Shown here one piece after another: positions 26,378-36,462 of a stretch of DNA of 64,000 bases. Source of the DNA: Escherichia phage vB_VIPECOMC06. Numbering within the stretch: the first letter of the stretch is position 1; every line of letters begins with the position of its first letter. The notes beneath the pieces are model-generated. The model was not told the DNA's origin, ran no database searches, and worked only from the letters and a program-made list of their open reading frames with translations. The stretch is taken from sequence record PQ416618.1; one strand, given 5' to 3'. The translations under genes were made by a program, and so were the position numbers.

Positions 26378-26671
26378 ATGGGTAAAACGTATCGTCGTAA
26401 AGATTTGAAAGTTCGTGATTACGACTATTTTGGTAAACGTAAAGCTCCTGACGGTGTTAGCCACAAAGACATGGTTGAAAACATTTTCCGCTCAGATAAA
26501 TGGAAACGTATGAAAGGTGTTGATTCTGAAGTCAAGAACGAAATGAATCGACAACTTCGCAAAGAAGTTCGTAAGTTGAAAAAAGATGTTTACAGTAAAG
26601 AAGATTATGATTATAATACTTCTCATACTGAAGCCAAACGTAAAGCTAACGAATGTTATCGTTACAGTTGA
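26378..26671 (+). CDS. small basic protein (~97 aa)
   Basis: ATG at 26378 after GAGG SD; Lys/Arg-rich. Confidence 0.4.
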   Translation: MGKTYRRKDLKVRDYDYFGKRKAPDGVSHKDMVENIFRSDKWKRMKGVDSEVKNEMNRQLRKEVRKLKKDVYSKEDYDYNTSHTEAKRKANECYRYS

Positions 26672-26678
26672 GGAAATT

Positions 26679-26813
26679 ATGAATATCAAACGAATGCTTT
26701 TTAAGCAGGGATTATATACTTTAAATGCTAATCCAAAGGGTGATACAACTAAATGGTCTGTAAATGACTGGATTAAGTTCATCGACGAAAACGGGGCGTG
26801 GAACACAAAATGA
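26679..26813 (+). CDS. hypothetical small protein (~44 aa)
   Basis: ATG at 26679 after GAGGAAA SD; the longer track ORF from 26586 overlaps the upstream gene. Confidence 0.3.
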   Translation: MNIKRMLFKQGLYTLNANPKGDTTKWSVNDWIKFIDENGAWNTK

Positions 26814-27010
26814 ATCCTGAAAATATTGTGTCATGGCAACTTCGTGAAGAACGTGCCGAATTCTTTGCCAATATGAAACTCAACGGTGTTGAGGACGAAG
26901 ACTTTTTACGTTGGTTCTGGATTTACAAATACAAAGAATGCCAGCACGCTGTACTACTGACTTGTGCAGTTATGTATGAAGGCTGGAAAGGCGCTAAAAA
27001 GTTCGGTTAA
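26810..27010 (+). CDS. hypothetical protein (~66 aa)
   Basis: ATG at 26810 overlapping upstream stop (ATGA). Confidence 0.35.
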   Translation: MNPENIVSWQLREERAEFFANMKLNGVEDEDFLRWFWIYKYKECQHAVLLTCAVMYEGWKGAKKFG

Positions 27011-27023
27011 TAATATACAACGA

Positions 27024-27057
27024 TAGGAAGACATGTTATTATCTTCCTATCGTCTTA
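27024..27057 (+). other. perfect 12-bp inverted repeat (PeSL-like stem-loop)
   Basis: ACGATAGGAAGA-(10 nt)-TCTTCCTATCGT. Confidence 0.5.
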
Positions 27058-27073
27058 AAATGAGGAAAATATC

Positions 27074-27313
27074 ATGGAACAAGAATTAGACATTATTACA
27101 TCGAAAAAACGTCTTGAAGTCGTAGTGAATGGCTCAACTATTAAGTTTGTATACGACACTTTAACTGATGCTATTACTGTTAGTTGTGGTGGAAAGGCTT
27201 TTAGTCTAGATTCTACTGAAAACAAATACCCGTTCTATAAAGGTATCTTTGATATGGGTGTTGATATCAGTGTTCGTCAAGCAAACTATTTACATTATCT
27301 TATCACGGAATAA
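27074..27313 (+). CDS. hypothetical protein (79 aa)
   Basis: SD GAGGAAA; downstream of inverted-repeat cassette. Confidence 0.4.
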   Translation: MEQELDIITSKKRLEVVVNGSTIKFVYDTLTDAITVSCGGKAFSLDSTENKYPFYKGIFDMGVDISVRQANYLHYLITE

Positions 27314-27381
27314 TGCACAAACTCTTGAGAGCAGAGTATAATGCTCTCTCATTGGATAATAAAATAACCGAGGAAAATAAT

Positions 27382-27714
27382 ATGTCTACTAAAATCAAAA
27401 ACGTAGTTAATTCTTTCGCTTTCGATAAAGTTGTTGCTCTTCTGGAATCCGGCAATATTGTTACTCCTCAAGTCCTTGACGCGTGGGAATTCCGTCTTTA
27501 TGAAATCATGCAAAAACACGACCAGAAAATTGGACGTAATTCTATTCGCGAAATTCTAGTACAATATATTCTTTCTGAATTTGACGTTGCTGCATTTGGT
27601 GTTGAATCTAAAGCTTATCAGAAACATGAAATCTCTGAAAAAACTATCCGTCGTATGAAAAATCAACGTAAGAAAAAATTCGTTGACCTGAAAATTGTTA
27701 AGGCGGTAAAATGA
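27382..27714 (+). CDS. hypothetical protein (~110 aa)
   Basis: ATG at 27382 after GAGGAAA SD. Confidence 0.4.
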   Translation: MSTKIKNVVNSFAFDKVVALLESGNIVTPQVLDAWEFRLYEIMQKHDQKIGRNSIREILVQYILSEFDVAAFGVESKAYQKHEISEKTIRRMKNQRKKKFVDLKIVKAVK

Positions 27715-27938
27715 GCGTATTAACAGAAACTTTGATTAATGACCTGCGTCTAGCTGGTTACGAAGTTGGTACAAATAGCCTAGGTCTTTCTCAGATTGAA
27801 GGGCTTGGATTTATCCTAGAATATGAATTCAAACAATGGTGGCTATATGCTACGGCTGACGATGCGTTGAATATCGATTTCGTTGACCAATTTGATTCGT
27901 TGGATGATGCTCTTGAAGCAGCAAAGGAACTAGAATGA
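27711..27938 (+). CDS. hypothetical acidic protein (75 aa)
   Basis: ATGA coupling. Confidence 0.4.
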   Translation: MSVLTETLINDLRLAGYEVGTNSLGLSQIEGLGFILEYEFKQWWLYATADDALNIDFVDQFDSLDDALEAAKELE

Positions 27939-28204
27939 AATTAACTCGAATCAGTATAACTGAAGAAAAGCTGGGCGAATTTTATGTTGACGAATACATG
28001 AAAGTCACGTATTTTCCATTCGTTAAAGGTGTTGGTTTTTGGGAAACTCATGTATCTCAATTAAACGAAGGCGACTATAACGAAACTCATGAGAACTTTT
28101 TAGATTTTCTTTATAATGCCGGTCTTACTGAGCTTTATATCGATATCCATGAGTTCAAACGTTTAATGGAAAAAGTGTTTCAGGCTTATTGTTTGCTCCG
28201 ATAG
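27935..28204 (+). CDS. hypothetical protein (89 aa)
   Basis: ATGA coupling. Confidence 0.4.
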   Translation: MKLTRISITEEKLGEFYVDEYMKVTYFPFVKGVGFWETHVSQLNEGDYNETHENFLDFLYNAGLTELYIDIHEFKRLMEKVFQAYCLLR

Positions 28205-28211
28205 TATCTCG

Positions 28212-28250
28212 TGCTTTAAGATAGGTCTCTAAATATTATGATATAATAGA
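28212..28250 (+). promoter_or_regulatory. putative middle/early promoter with inverted repeat upstream of gene 55
   Basis: MotA-box-like TGCTTTA; ATAGGTCT / AGACCTAT arms flanking TATGATATAAT. Confidence 0.4.
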
Positions 28251-28276
28251 CCTATGAATTGAGCTAAGAGGTACTT

Positions 28277-28834
28277 ATGACTGAACAAAAACCTAAAAAT
28301 AACTATGTGAATAATAAAGAGCTTCTCGCCGCTATAATCGAGTGGAAAAAGGAGCTCTTAAATAATAAAGACCCAAACAAAATTATTCGTCAGAATGATA
28401 CCATCGGTTTAGCAATTATGCTTATCGCCGAAGGCCTGTCCAAACGTTTCAACTTTTCAGGATATACCCAGTCTTGGAAGCAGGAGATGATTGCAGATGG
28501 GATTGAAGCCTCTATTAAGGGACTTCATAATTTCGACGAAACTAAGTACAATAACCCACATGCATACATAACTCGAGCTTGTTTTAATGCTTTTGTCCAA
28601 CGTATCAAAAAAGAACGTAAGGAAGTTGCAAAGAAATATAGTTACTTCGTTCATAACGTCTACGACAGTCATGACGATGATATGGTAGCGTTGGTAGATG
28701 AAACGTTTATTCAAGACATCTACGATAAAATGACGCATTACGAAGAATCCGCTTATAAAGCTCCTGGGGCTGAAAAGAAGGAAGTTGTTAGCGATTCGCC
28801 TAGTTTGGATTTTTTATATGAGGATGACAATTGA
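28277..28834 (+). CDS. 55: late sigma factor gp55
   Basis: 185 aa as in T4 gp55; position between nrdD side and gene 47; sequence recalled as gp55-like. Confidence 0.8.
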   Translation: MTEQKPKNNYVNNKELLAAIIEWKKELLNNKDPNKIIRQNDTIGLAIMLIAEGLSKRFNFSGYTQSWKQEMIADGIEASIKGLHNFDETKYNNPHAYITRACFNAFVQRIKKERKEVAKKYSYFVHNVYDSHDDDMVALVDETFIQDIYDKMTHYEESAYKAPGAEKKEVVSDSPSLDFLYEDDN

Positions 28835-29033
28835 CATCTCTAACTACTTAGAAGAACCTTTTGACGAAGCAATCCCTTATTTGGTAAAACTGTTGGGTCG
28901 TGAATTTAAAATTAATTTTGACATCGACCCTTTGAACCCACATGACGTGTCATTTTCGATAAATGGGACTCCGGTTGAGTATGAGTTCTGTATTGAAGAG
29001 GACGGACGTTTTTATTTTAATTTAATGAGATAA
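28824..29033 (+). CDS. hypothetical protein (~69 aa)
   Basis: ATG overlapping end of gene 55. Confidence 0.35.
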   Translation: MTIDISNYLEEPFDEAIPYLVKLLGREFKINFDIDPLNPHDVSFSINGTPVEYEFCIEEDGRFYFNLMR

Positions 29034-29034
29034 T

Positions 29035-29358
29035 ATGACTACCGAGATTATTGAAAATAAAGAAGCAGAAGATGCAGTAGCTAAAATGCTACAAGAAATC
29101 CAAAAGAAAAATGAAGCTGAAGCACGTAAAAAATCCGAAAAGATTCTTAAAAAGAATCGTTTTGAACTAAACCGTCTTTATGCTCATGCTCAAGAAGCAG
29201 CAATTCAAAACAACTTCGAAGCTTATGAATATGCTATTAAGAAATCTCGGGATATTCTACGACAACCATATAATGACAAGTTAATTAAAATCCAGTGGGT
29301 TACTACACGTCAGGCTATTGAGGACATCATTAATGGCGCTAGTTCAAACAAAGTTTAA
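29035..29358 (+). CDS. hypothetical protein (107 aa)
   Basis: Lys/Glu-rich helical ORF. Confidence 0.4.
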   Translation: MTTEIIENKEAEDAVAKMLQEIQKKNEAEARKKSEKILKKNRFELNRLYAHAQEAAIQNNFEAYEYAIKKSRDILRQPYNDKLIKIQWVTTRQAIEDIINGASSNKV

Positions 29359-29539
29359 ACGTCTGAAGTTGAACGCAGGGTTCACCCTTAAATTGGGAGG
29401 TCCTCTTTGTGTTAAAATCTCTGAAAAGGAATATCACGACGGTTCTATTACAGAAATTTGTCCGCCTATTGTAAAGGCAGACCCAAAACAACTCGTGTGG
29501 GTTGATTCATTTCAAGTTAAGAAATGGTGGAAACGATGA
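29333..29539 (+). CDS. hypothetical protein (~68 aa)
   Basis: ATG at 29333 overlapping upstream gene end. Confidence 0.35.
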   Translation: MALVQTKFKRLKLNAGFTLKLGGPLCVKISEKEYHDGSITEICPPIVKADPKQLVWVDSFQVKKWWKR

Positions 29540-29578
29540 GAGAAATCGATTTAGGTATTTTCTGAGAGGTGATTATGC

Positions 29579-29752
29579 ATGACGAACGACCTGACCTCTG
29601 AAAATTTCGATAAAATCCGTAAAGGCAAAGCAGAAAGAATGAGACGTTTTAAAGAGTCTTATGATAAAGCTAAAGCCGAAGGAACTATTACATACAAGCC
29701 CATTCGATTTAAAAGTTCAAATGAGCCTCTGTACGGTGTACTATGTGGATAG
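29579..29752 (+). CDS. hypothetical small protein (57 aa)
   Basis: Below track cutoff; followed directly by a strong terminator. Confidence 0.3.
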   Translation: MTNDLTSENFDKIRKGKAERMRRFKESYDKAKAEGTITYKPIRFKSSNEPLYGVLCG

Positions 29753-29775
29753 GAACTCTTCGGAGTTCCTTTTTT
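29752..29775 (+). terminator. rho-independent terminator
   Basis: GGAACTC-TTCG-GAGTTCC followed by TTTTTT. Confidence 0.8.
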
Positions 29776-29821
29776 GCTTTATAAACGGATGATAGAATGA
29801 ATTAACTAATGAGGAAATAAT

Positions 29822-30841
29822 ATGAAAATTTTAAATTTAGGTGATTGGCATTTAGGTGTTAAAGCTGATGATGAGTGGGTTCAATCCATTCAGTTGGATG
29901 GAATTAAGCAGGCGATAGAATATTCTAAGAAAAATGGAATTACTACATGGATTCAATACGGTGATATTTTTGATGTGCGAAAAGCAATCACGCATAAAAC
30001 TATGGAGTTCGCACGTGAAATAGTTCAAATGCTTGATGATGCTGGTATTACCCTACATACTGTTGTAGGAAACCATGATATGCACTTTAAAAATACTTTA
30101 ACTCCAAACGCTTCTACTGAGCTTTTAGCTAAATATCCTAATGTTAAAGTATATGATAAGCCTACTACAGTAGATTTTGACGGATGTTTGATTGATTTAA
30201 TTCCTTGGATGTGCGAAGAAAATACTGGTGAAATTCTTGAACATATCAAAACTTCATCTGCTTCTTTTTGTGTTGGGCACTGGGAACTGAATGGCTTTTA
30301 TTTCTATAAAGGAATGAAGTCTCATGGGCTTGAACCTGATTTCTTAAAGACCTATAAACAAGTCTGGTCCGGCCACTTCCACACAATCTCTGAAGCTGCT
30401 AACGTCAAATATATTGGGACACCATGGACACTTACTGCAGGTGATGAGAATGACCCGCGCGGATTCTGGGTATTTGACACTGATGTTGAACGTATGGAAT
30501 TTATTCCTAATGAAACAACATGGCATCGACGAATCACTTATCCGTTTAAAGGCAAAATCAATTATTCTGATTATACTAATCTAGCCGTACGTGTTATAGT
30601 ATCAGAAATTGATTCAGAGTTGACTAAGTTTGAATCTGAACTTGAAAAAGTAGTTCACTCTCTTCGTATGGTTTCTAAAGTTGATAACAGTGTTGAATCT
30701 GATGATGACCAGGAAATCGAGATTAAATCACTTCAAGATATCATTAAAGAATATATTGACGCGATTCCAGATATCTCAGACGAAGACAGAGAAGCGCTGG
30801 TCAAATATTCTAACGAACTTTATATTGAGGCAACACAATGA
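29822..30841 (+). CDS. 47: recombination endonuclease subunit gp47 (Mre11/SbcD-like)
   Basis: Phosphoesterase motifs GDWHLG, GDIFD, GNHD, GHWE; 339 aa. Confidence 0.9.
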   Translation: MKILNLGDWHLGVKADDEWVQSIQLDGIKQAIEYSKKNGITTWIQYGDIFDVRKAITHKTMEFAREIVQMLDDAGITLHTVVGNHDMHFKNTLTPNASTELLAKYPNVKVYDKPTTVDFDGCLIDLIPWMCEENTGEILEHIKTSSASFCVGHWELNGFYFYKGMKSHGLEPDFLKTYKQVWSGHFHTISEAANVKYIGTPWTLTAGDENDPRGFWVFDTDVERMEFIPNETTWHRRITYPFKGKINYSDYTNLAVRVIVSEIDSELTKFESELEKVVHSLRMVSKVDNSVESDDDQEIEIKSLQDIIKEYIDAIPDISDEDREALVKYSNELYIEATQ

Positions 30842-31095
30842 CTTTAGATGAATTTAACAATGCTGGGCTTGGGCTTGAAGTTGAAATGGACGTTAAAGAT
30901 GATGACGGATTCGAGAACACTATCAAGTATTGGATTGAGCCATTACGCGTTGAAGGCAATGAAGTTAAAGCAGTTCATGTCTGCACCGACTGGGCTATTG
31001 AATTTAGCTTTAATATAATGGACAACGATACTCCTGGCTCTATTCTTAAAATGGCTGAAGCATGTATTGAGGACGCGTATAATGACGAAGACTGA
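30838..31095 (+). CDS. hypothetical acidic protein (85 aa)
   Basis: ATGA coupling to gene 47. Confidence 0.4.
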   Translation: MTLDEFNNAGLGLEVEMDVKDDDGFENTIKYWIEPLRVEGNEVKAVHVCTDWAIEFSFNIMDNDTPGSILKMAEACIEDAYNDED

Positions 31096-31321
31096 TTATG
31101 AAATCCATCGTCATGAATTTAGTATTGGCGACGGTTATATTGGTGTCGTTGAATGGACTGAGAATTACGAGGAATCAACTCCTCGTTTCTTTGGAACCAT
31201 GTATGTTACCTGTGAGTACGCACCAGGTGTTGTCATGTATGCAGAACTAGATGAATATTTTGCTGATAGAGATGACATGTTAAAATATGTAGAGGACTTC
31301 ATTCGAAGAGAATACATATGA
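31082..31321 (+). CDS. hypothetical protein (~79 aa)
   Basis: ATG at 31082; start uncertain. Confidence 0.4.
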   Translation: MTKTDYEIHRHEFSIGDGYIGVVEWTENYEESTPRFFGTMYVTCEYAPGVVMYAELDEYFADRDDMLKYVEDFIRREYI

Positions 31322-33006
31322 AATCATTTAAATTAAATCGTGTTCGTTATCAAAACATCATGTCGGTAGGTGGGAATCCTATTGACATCCAATTAGATAA
31401 AGTCCAAAAGACATTAATCACTGGTAAAAATGGTGGTGGTAAATCTACGATGTTAGAAGCCATTACTTTCGGACTTTTCGGTAAACCATTTCGTGATGTT
31501 AAGAAAGGGCAAATCATTAATAGCACGAACAAGAAAGAGCTCTTAGTTGAGCTTTGGATGGAATTTGATGGTAAAAAATACTTCATTAAACGTGGCCAAA
31601 AGCCCAATATTTTCGAAATCTCCGTTGACGGTGTTCGTCTCGATGAATCTGCCAGCAGTCGTGACTTCCAAGAAGAATTTGAACGTAGCATCGGAATGTC
31701 ATACGCGTCTTTTAAACAAATCGTTGTGCTTGGGACGGCAGGGTATACCCCTTTCATGGCTCTTAGCACCCCTGCTCGCAGAAAACTTGTCGAAGACCTT
31801 TTAGAAGTCGGCACACTCGCTGAAATGGATAAAATCAATAAGTCTCAAGTTCGAGAACTTAATTCCCAAGGACAAGTTCTCGATGCCAAGAAAGATGGTA
31901 TTATCCAACAAATTAAGATTTATAACGAGAATATCGAACGTCAAAAGAAATTATCTGGTGATAATGTAGCGCGTCTACAGAATATGTATGACGACCTAGC
32001 CAAAGAAGCTCGTTCATTAAAAGCAGAAATCGAAGAAGCTAACGAGCGTCTACTTAATATCGTTCTTGACGAAGACCCTACTGAGGCATTCAACAAGATA
32101 GGACAAGAAGCATTCTTGATTAAATCTAAAATTGACTCATATAATAAAGTTATTAAGATGTATCATGATGGTGGTACATGTCCTACTTGTGCATCACAGT
32201 TGCACCAGGGTGATCCTATTGTCTCTAAGATTACCGATAAGCTTCATGAATGTAATCACTCATTCGAGCAACTTACCTGTCACAGAGATAATCTGAGTGT
32301 CCTAGTGGACGAATATAGAGCTAATGTTAAGACTAAACAGGACCTTGCATCTGATATTCGTACTAAGAAACAAGCAATGATTGCCACTATTGATAAAGCT
32401 AAGAAAGTTAAAGCTGCAATAGAACAAGCCTCAGCGGAATTTATCGACCATGCTGATGAGATAGCTTTGCTTCAAAAAGAACTTGATAAAATCATTAAAA
32501 CAAAATCGGATATCGTTCTTGAAAAATACCATCGTGGTATTATCACAGATATGTTAAAAGATTCCGGTATTAAAGGTGCTATCATTAAAAAATATGTGCC
32601 TCTGTTCAACAAGCAGATTAACTATTATCTTAAAATCATGGAAGCTGATTATGTGTTTTCTATTGACGAAGAATTCAATGAATCTATAAAATCACGTGGT
32701 CGTGAAGATTTTAGTTATGCTTCATTTAGTCAAGGTGAAAAGGCACGTATCGATATCGCATTGTTGTTTACATGGCGAGATATTGCTGAAAAGGTCTCTG
32801 GTGTTAAAATCAACACTCTGATTCTTGATGAGGTTTTTGATGGTGCTGTCGATTCTGAGGCTGTTAAGGCTATAGATACCATTCTTGGAAGTTTACAAAA
32901 TACTAATGTGTTCATTATCTCTCATCGAGACCATGACCCTCAACGTTATGGACAACATCTTCAAATGAGCAAAGTTGGACGATTTACGGTAATGACTGTT
33001 TCATAA
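31318..33006 (+). CDS. 46: recombination endonuclease subunit gp46 (Rad50/SbcC-like)
   Basis: Walker A GKNGGGKST, central coiled coil with Zn-hook-like CPTC, C-terminal signature/Walker B LILDEVFDG; 562 aa. Confidence 0.9.
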   Translation: MKSFKLNRVRYQNIMSVGGNPIDIQLDKVQKTLITGKNGGGKSTMLEAITFGLFGKPFRDVKKGQIINSTNKKELLVELWMEFDGKKYFIKRGQKPNIFEISVDGVRLDESASSRDFQEEFERSIGMSYASFKQIVVLGTAGYTPFMALSTPARRKLVEDLLEVGTLAEMDKINKSQVRELNSQGQVLDAKKDGIIQQIKIYNENIERQKKLSGDNVARLQNMYDDLAKEARSLKAEIEEANERLLNIVLDEDPTEAFNKIGQEAFLIKSKIDSYNKVIKMYHDGGTCPTCASQLHQGDPIVSKITDKLHECNHSFEQLTCHRDNLSVLVDEYRANVKTKQDLASDIRTKKQAMIATIDKAKKVKAAIEQASAEFIDHADEIALLQKELDKIIKTKSDIVLEKYHRGIITDMLKDSGIKGAIIKKYVPLFNKQINYYLKIMEADYVFSIDEEFNESIKSRGREDFSYASFSQGEKARIDIALLFTWRDIAEKVSGVKINTLILDEVFDGAVDSEAVKAIDTILGSLQNTNVFIISHRDHDPQRYGQHLQMSKVGRFTVMTVS

Positions 33007-33046
33007 ACGCTTTAACACGATGTGGTTATAATGACCACATCAAATT
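33007..33046 (+). promoter_or_regulatory. putative middle promoter with hairpin after gene 46
   Basis: CGCTTTA box, TATAAT 13 bp downstream, inside ATGTGGT-TATAATG-ACCACAT hairpin. Confidence 0.4.
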
Positions 33047-33060
33047 AAATGGAGAACAAC

Positions 33061-33249
33061 ATGGAGTATTCAACCGGACAACATCTTCTCGTTGTCCCTG
33101 AAATTAAAAAATATGTTTTGACCAATACGTTTTCAGGTGAAGAACATATTGTTACTGAACAAATGCTCAAATCTGCTTTTAAAGATGAGTATAATAAAAT
33201 AATGTCTAATCGCAATTCCGCATGGACAGTTACCGACTTCTACGAATAA
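33061..33249 (+). CDS. hypothetical protein (~62 aa)
   Basis: ATG at 33061 after GGAG; downstream of hairpin/promoter. Confidence 0.35.
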   Translation: MEYSTGQHLLVVPEIKKYVLTNTFSGEEHIVTEQMLKSAFKDEYNKIMSNRNSAWTVTDFYE

Positions 33250-33261
33250 GAGAGAAATAAT

Positions 33262-33678
33262 ATGTTTACTACTGCTAAAGGTTTCACTGCTGCTGATCTG
33301 AAAGTTACTTCTATCCGTACTGACGCTAACCCACATAACCATAATCGTGTTCGTAAAGCATGGGTCCTGCATTGTGATGACGCAAGTGCTAAAAAACTCC
33401 AATCTTTGCCACAAGAAACTCGTTTTATGATTTATGGTTTTATTGATAACGATGTATCTGATATGTGGATTCATCTGATGCGTAAGCACTATAAAGATTC
33501 TATTGAAGCCGGCGGAAAAATCGTTCTTGATAAAGATGGTTCTGAGCGTCTGGAAGATTTCTACTGTGTTGATGCCGACGAACAACTAATTGCAGCTGGC
33601 GAAATTGTTGCTTCTAAAATTCCAGAATATATTGAATCATTGCCTGAAGCTATTAAAAAGCAGATGGTTGCTGCATAA
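33262..33678 (+). CDS. rpbA: RNA polymerase-binding protein RpbA-like
   Basis: Position between gene 46 and gene 45 as in T4; ~138 aa; assignment is positional. Confidence 0.5.
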   Translation: MFTTAKGFTAADLKVTSIRTDANPHNHNRVRKAWVLHCDDASAKKLQSLPQETRFMIYGFIDNDVSDMWIHLMRKHYKDSIEAGGKIVLDKDGSERLEDFYCVDADEQLIAAGEIVASKIPEYIESLPEAIKKQMVAA

Positions 33679-33720
33679 TAAATTTGTTATAAACTTTGAA
33701 TTGTCTTGAAAGGAAATAAA

Positions 33721-34407
33721 ATGAAACTGTCTAAAGATACTATCGCTATTCTGAAAAACTTTGCCTCTATTAACTCTGGTATTCTGCTGAGTCAAGGTAA
33801 ATTTATTATGACTCGTGCAGTTAATGGCACCACTTATGCGGAAGCAAATATCTCTGATGAAATTGATTTTGACGTAGCACTTTATGATTTGAATAGCTTC
33901 TTAAGCATTTTGAGTCTAGTGTCTGATGACGCCGAAATTTCAATGCACACCGATGGCAATATTAAAATTGCAGATACACGTTCCACGGTTTATTGGCCTG
34001 CCGCTGACAAGAGCACCATTGTTTTTCCTAATAAGCCAATTCAATTCCCAGTGGCTTCTGTGATTACTGAAATTAAAGCTGAAGACCTTCAACAATTGCT
34101 TCGAGTTTCACGTGGTCTTCAGATTGATACAATTGCTATTACAAATAAAGATGGTAAAATTGTTATCAATGGCTATAATAAAGTTGAAGATTCTGGACTA
34201 ACTCGTCCTAAGTATTCTTTGACTCTTACCGATTATGATGGTTCTAACAATTTTAACTTCGTAATCAATATGGCTAATATGAAAATCCAGCCAGGTAACT
34301 ATAAAGTAATGTTGTGGGGAGCTGGTGATAAAGTTGCAGCCAAGTTTGAAAGCTCTCAAGTAAGTTATGTTATTGCGATGGAAGCCGATTCTACTCACGA
34401 CTTCTAA
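33721..34407 (+). CDS. 45: sliding clamp gp45
   Basis: MKLSKDTIAILKNFASINSGI...EADSTHDF; 228 aa as T4 gp45; ATG at 33721 (track start is a TTG). Confidence 0.9.
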   Translation: MKLSKDTIAILKNFASINSGILLSQGKFIMTRAVNGTTYAEANISDEIDFDVALYDLNSFLSILSLVSDDAEISMHTDGNIKIADTRSTVYWPAADKSTIVFPNKPIQFPVASVITEIKAEDLQQLLRVSRGLQIDTIAITNKDGKIVINGYNKVEDSGLTRPKYSLTLTDYDGSNNFNFVINMANMKIQPGNYKVMLWGAGDKVAAKFESSQVSYVIAMEADSTHDF

Positions 34408-34482
34408 GTCAAAGCTTTACGTTTATTGTGATACGATTATGGAGGAGAAATCCTCCAGTTTAATGATAATGAGGAAAATTAC

Positions 34483-35445
34483 ATGATTACTATCAATTCC
34501 AAAGAACACATTCTAGAACAGAAATATCGTCCTTCTTCCATTGACGAATGTATTCTGCCTGCGTATGACCATGAAACATTCAAGTCTTTAGTATCTAAAG
34601 GAAAACTTCCTCATATTATTTTGCACTCTCCTTCTCCTGGTACAGGTAAAACAACCGTAGCAAAAGCATTATGTAATGATATCAATGCCGAAATGATGTT
34701 CGTCAACGGTTCTGATTGTAAGATTGATTTTGTGCGGGGTCCGTTAACCGCATTCGCTCGTTCAGTCTCAATGGAAGGCAAGCCTAAAGTTATTGTTATT
34801 GATGAATTTGACCGTAGTGGCCTCGCCGAATCACAACGTCACCTTCGTACGTTTATGGAAGAATTCTCTAGTAACTGTTCTATTATTATTACTGCTAACA
34901 ACATCGATGGAATTATTGAACCATTACGTAGTCGTTGTCGAGTTATCGAATTCGGACGTCCAACCGAAGAAGATAAAATCTCGATGATGAAGAAAATGAT
35001 TCATCGTATGGTTGAAATCTGTAAGAACGAAAATATCGAAATCGCTGATATGAAAGTTGTTGCAGCTCTGGTTAAAAAGAACTTCCCGGACTTTCGTCGC
35101 ACAATCGGTCAATTAGACCAGTACTCGTCTAAAGGTGTTCTTGATGCGGGTATTTTGTCTATCGTAACTAATGACCGTGGCACAGTCTCTGATGTTATCG
35201 AAGCAATGAAGAACAAAGATATCAAACAGCTTCGTGCATTAGCTCCAAAATATGCCGCAGATTATTCATGGTTCATCGATAAATTAGTTTCAGAATGTTA
35301 TGACCAAGTTGCACCTGGTAAAAGTATTATTTCGCTTTATGAAATTGCAGGCGAAAACAATAAGTTTCATGGATTAGCAAGTAATATTGAATTACATGTT
35401 ATGTATATGCTTCTTCAACTGACCTGCGAACTGACTTGGAAATAA
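34483..35445 (+). CDS. 44: clamp loader large subunit gp44 (AAA+)
   Basis: Walker [11 protein letters not shown], Walker [12 protein letters not shown] motif LRSRC; 320 aa. Confidence 0.9.
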   Translation: MITINSKEHILEQKYRPSSIDECILPAYDHETFKSLVSKGKLPHIILHSPSPGTGKTTVAKALCNDINAEMMFVNGSDCKIDFVRGPLTAFARSVSMEGKPKVIVIDEFDRSGLAESQRHLRTFMEEFSSNCSIIITANNIDGIIEPLRSRCRVIEFGRPTEEDKISMMKKMIHRMVEICKNENIEIADMKVVAALVKKNFPDFRRTIGQLDQYSSKGVLDAGILSIVTNDRGTVSDVIEAMKNKDIKQLRALAPKYAADYSWFIDKLVSECYDQVAPGKSIISLYEIAGENNKFHGLASNIELHVMYMLLQLTCELTWK

Positions 35446-35446
35446 T

Positions 35447-36010
35447 ATGAACTTATTTGATGATGACGTCCAGCTTAACGAGCACCAAATTGCATGGAAG
35501 TCTAATGACGCTGATGCGATTCAAAAATGTGCTGATATGTTTAAAGAAAAACCTGAGAATGAATTCTTTAAAATCATTAATGCTATTAATGAAAAGAAAT
35601 CTATGTCAATTGCTCAGGTCGACTACTCAAAATTTATGGTTGAGAACTCATTATCCCAGTTCCCAGAATGTATGCCAGCTGTTTACATGATGAACTTAGT
35701 CGGTTCTGAATTAAGTGATGAAGCGCACTTCAACTATATGATGGCGGCAATTCCGCGTGGTCGTCGATTCTCTAAATGGGCTAAACTAGTCGAAGACACT
35801 TCAGAGTTACTAGTTATCAAACTGTTGATGAAACATTACACAATCAACATGAATGATGCTACAGAGTATAAGCGGCTCCTTGAAAAAAATAACAAGTTGC
35901 CAATAGTCCTTAAAGAACTGAAGGCCATGGTCACTGATGAGTTTCTCAAAGAAGTTACAAAAAATGTGAAAGAACAAAAACAATTTAAAAAATTAGCATT
36001 GGAATGGTAA
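35447..36010 (+). CDS. 62: clamp loader small subunit gp62
   Basis: 187 aa immediately after gene 44, as in T4. Confidence 0.85.
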   Translation: MNLFDDDVQLNEHQIAWKSNDADAIQKCADMFKEKPENEFFKIINAINEKKSMSIAQVDYSKFMVENSLSQFPECMPAVYMMNLVGSELSDEAHFNYMMAAIPRGRRFSKWAKLVEDTSELLVIKLLMKHYTINMNDATEYKRLLEKNNKLPIVLKELKAMVTDEFLKEVTKNVKEQKQFKKLALEW

Positions 36011-36012
36011 AA

Positions 36013-36381
36013 ATGATTGAAATTAAATTGAAGAACCCTGAAGATTTTCTGAAAGTCAAAGAGACTTTGACCCGTATGGGCATCGCTAATAACAAGGATA
36101 AAGTCCTTTACCAGTCTTGTCATATCCTCCAAAAGCAAGGTAAGTACTATATCGTCCACTTTAAAGAAATGCTGCGTATGGACGGACGTCAGGTTGATAT
36201 TGATGGTGAAGACTATCAGCGACGTGATTCGATTGCTCAGTTGCTTGAAGAATGGGGATTGATTGTTATTGAAGACTCTGCTCGTGAAGATCTGTTTGGC
36301 CTGACTAATAACTTCCGTGTTATCTCTTTTAAACAGAAAGATGACTGGACTTTGAAAGCAAAATATACAATTGGTAATTAA
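36013..36381 (+). CDS. regA: translational repressor RegA
   Basis: MIEIKLKNPEDFLKVKETLTRMGIANNKDKVLYQSCHILQK; 122 aa; ATG at 36013. Confidence 0.85.
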   Translation: MIEIKLKNPEDFLKVKETLTRMGIANNKDKVLYQSCHILQKQGKYYIVHFKEMLRMDGRQVDIDGEDYQRRDSIAQLLEEWGLIVIEDSAREDLFGLTNNFRVISFKQKDDWTLKAKYTIGN

Positions 36382-36385
36382 AGCA

Positions 36386-36415
36386 ATGGGACTTCGGTCC
36401 CATTTGGAGTATAAT
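36386..36415 (+). promoter_or_regulatory. stem-loop plus -10 element between regA and gene 43
   Basis: ATGGGAC-TTCG-GTCCCAT hairpin followed by GAGTATAAT. Confidence 0.5.
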
Positions 36416-36462
36416 AAGTTCATCAACAAACAAAAGACAATAACTCGTCTAAAGGAAATTAA

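Noticed and set aside
31350-31838. 162-aa minus-strand ORF
   Set aside because: Antisense within gene 46.
33133-33585. 150-aa minus-strand ORF
   Set aside because: Antisense to rpbA and the upstream small ORF; no start context.
35836-36429. 197-aa minus-strand ORF
   Set aside because: Lies antisense to the conserved regA and gene 62 coding sequence and the 43 leader; no SD; typical antisense artefact.
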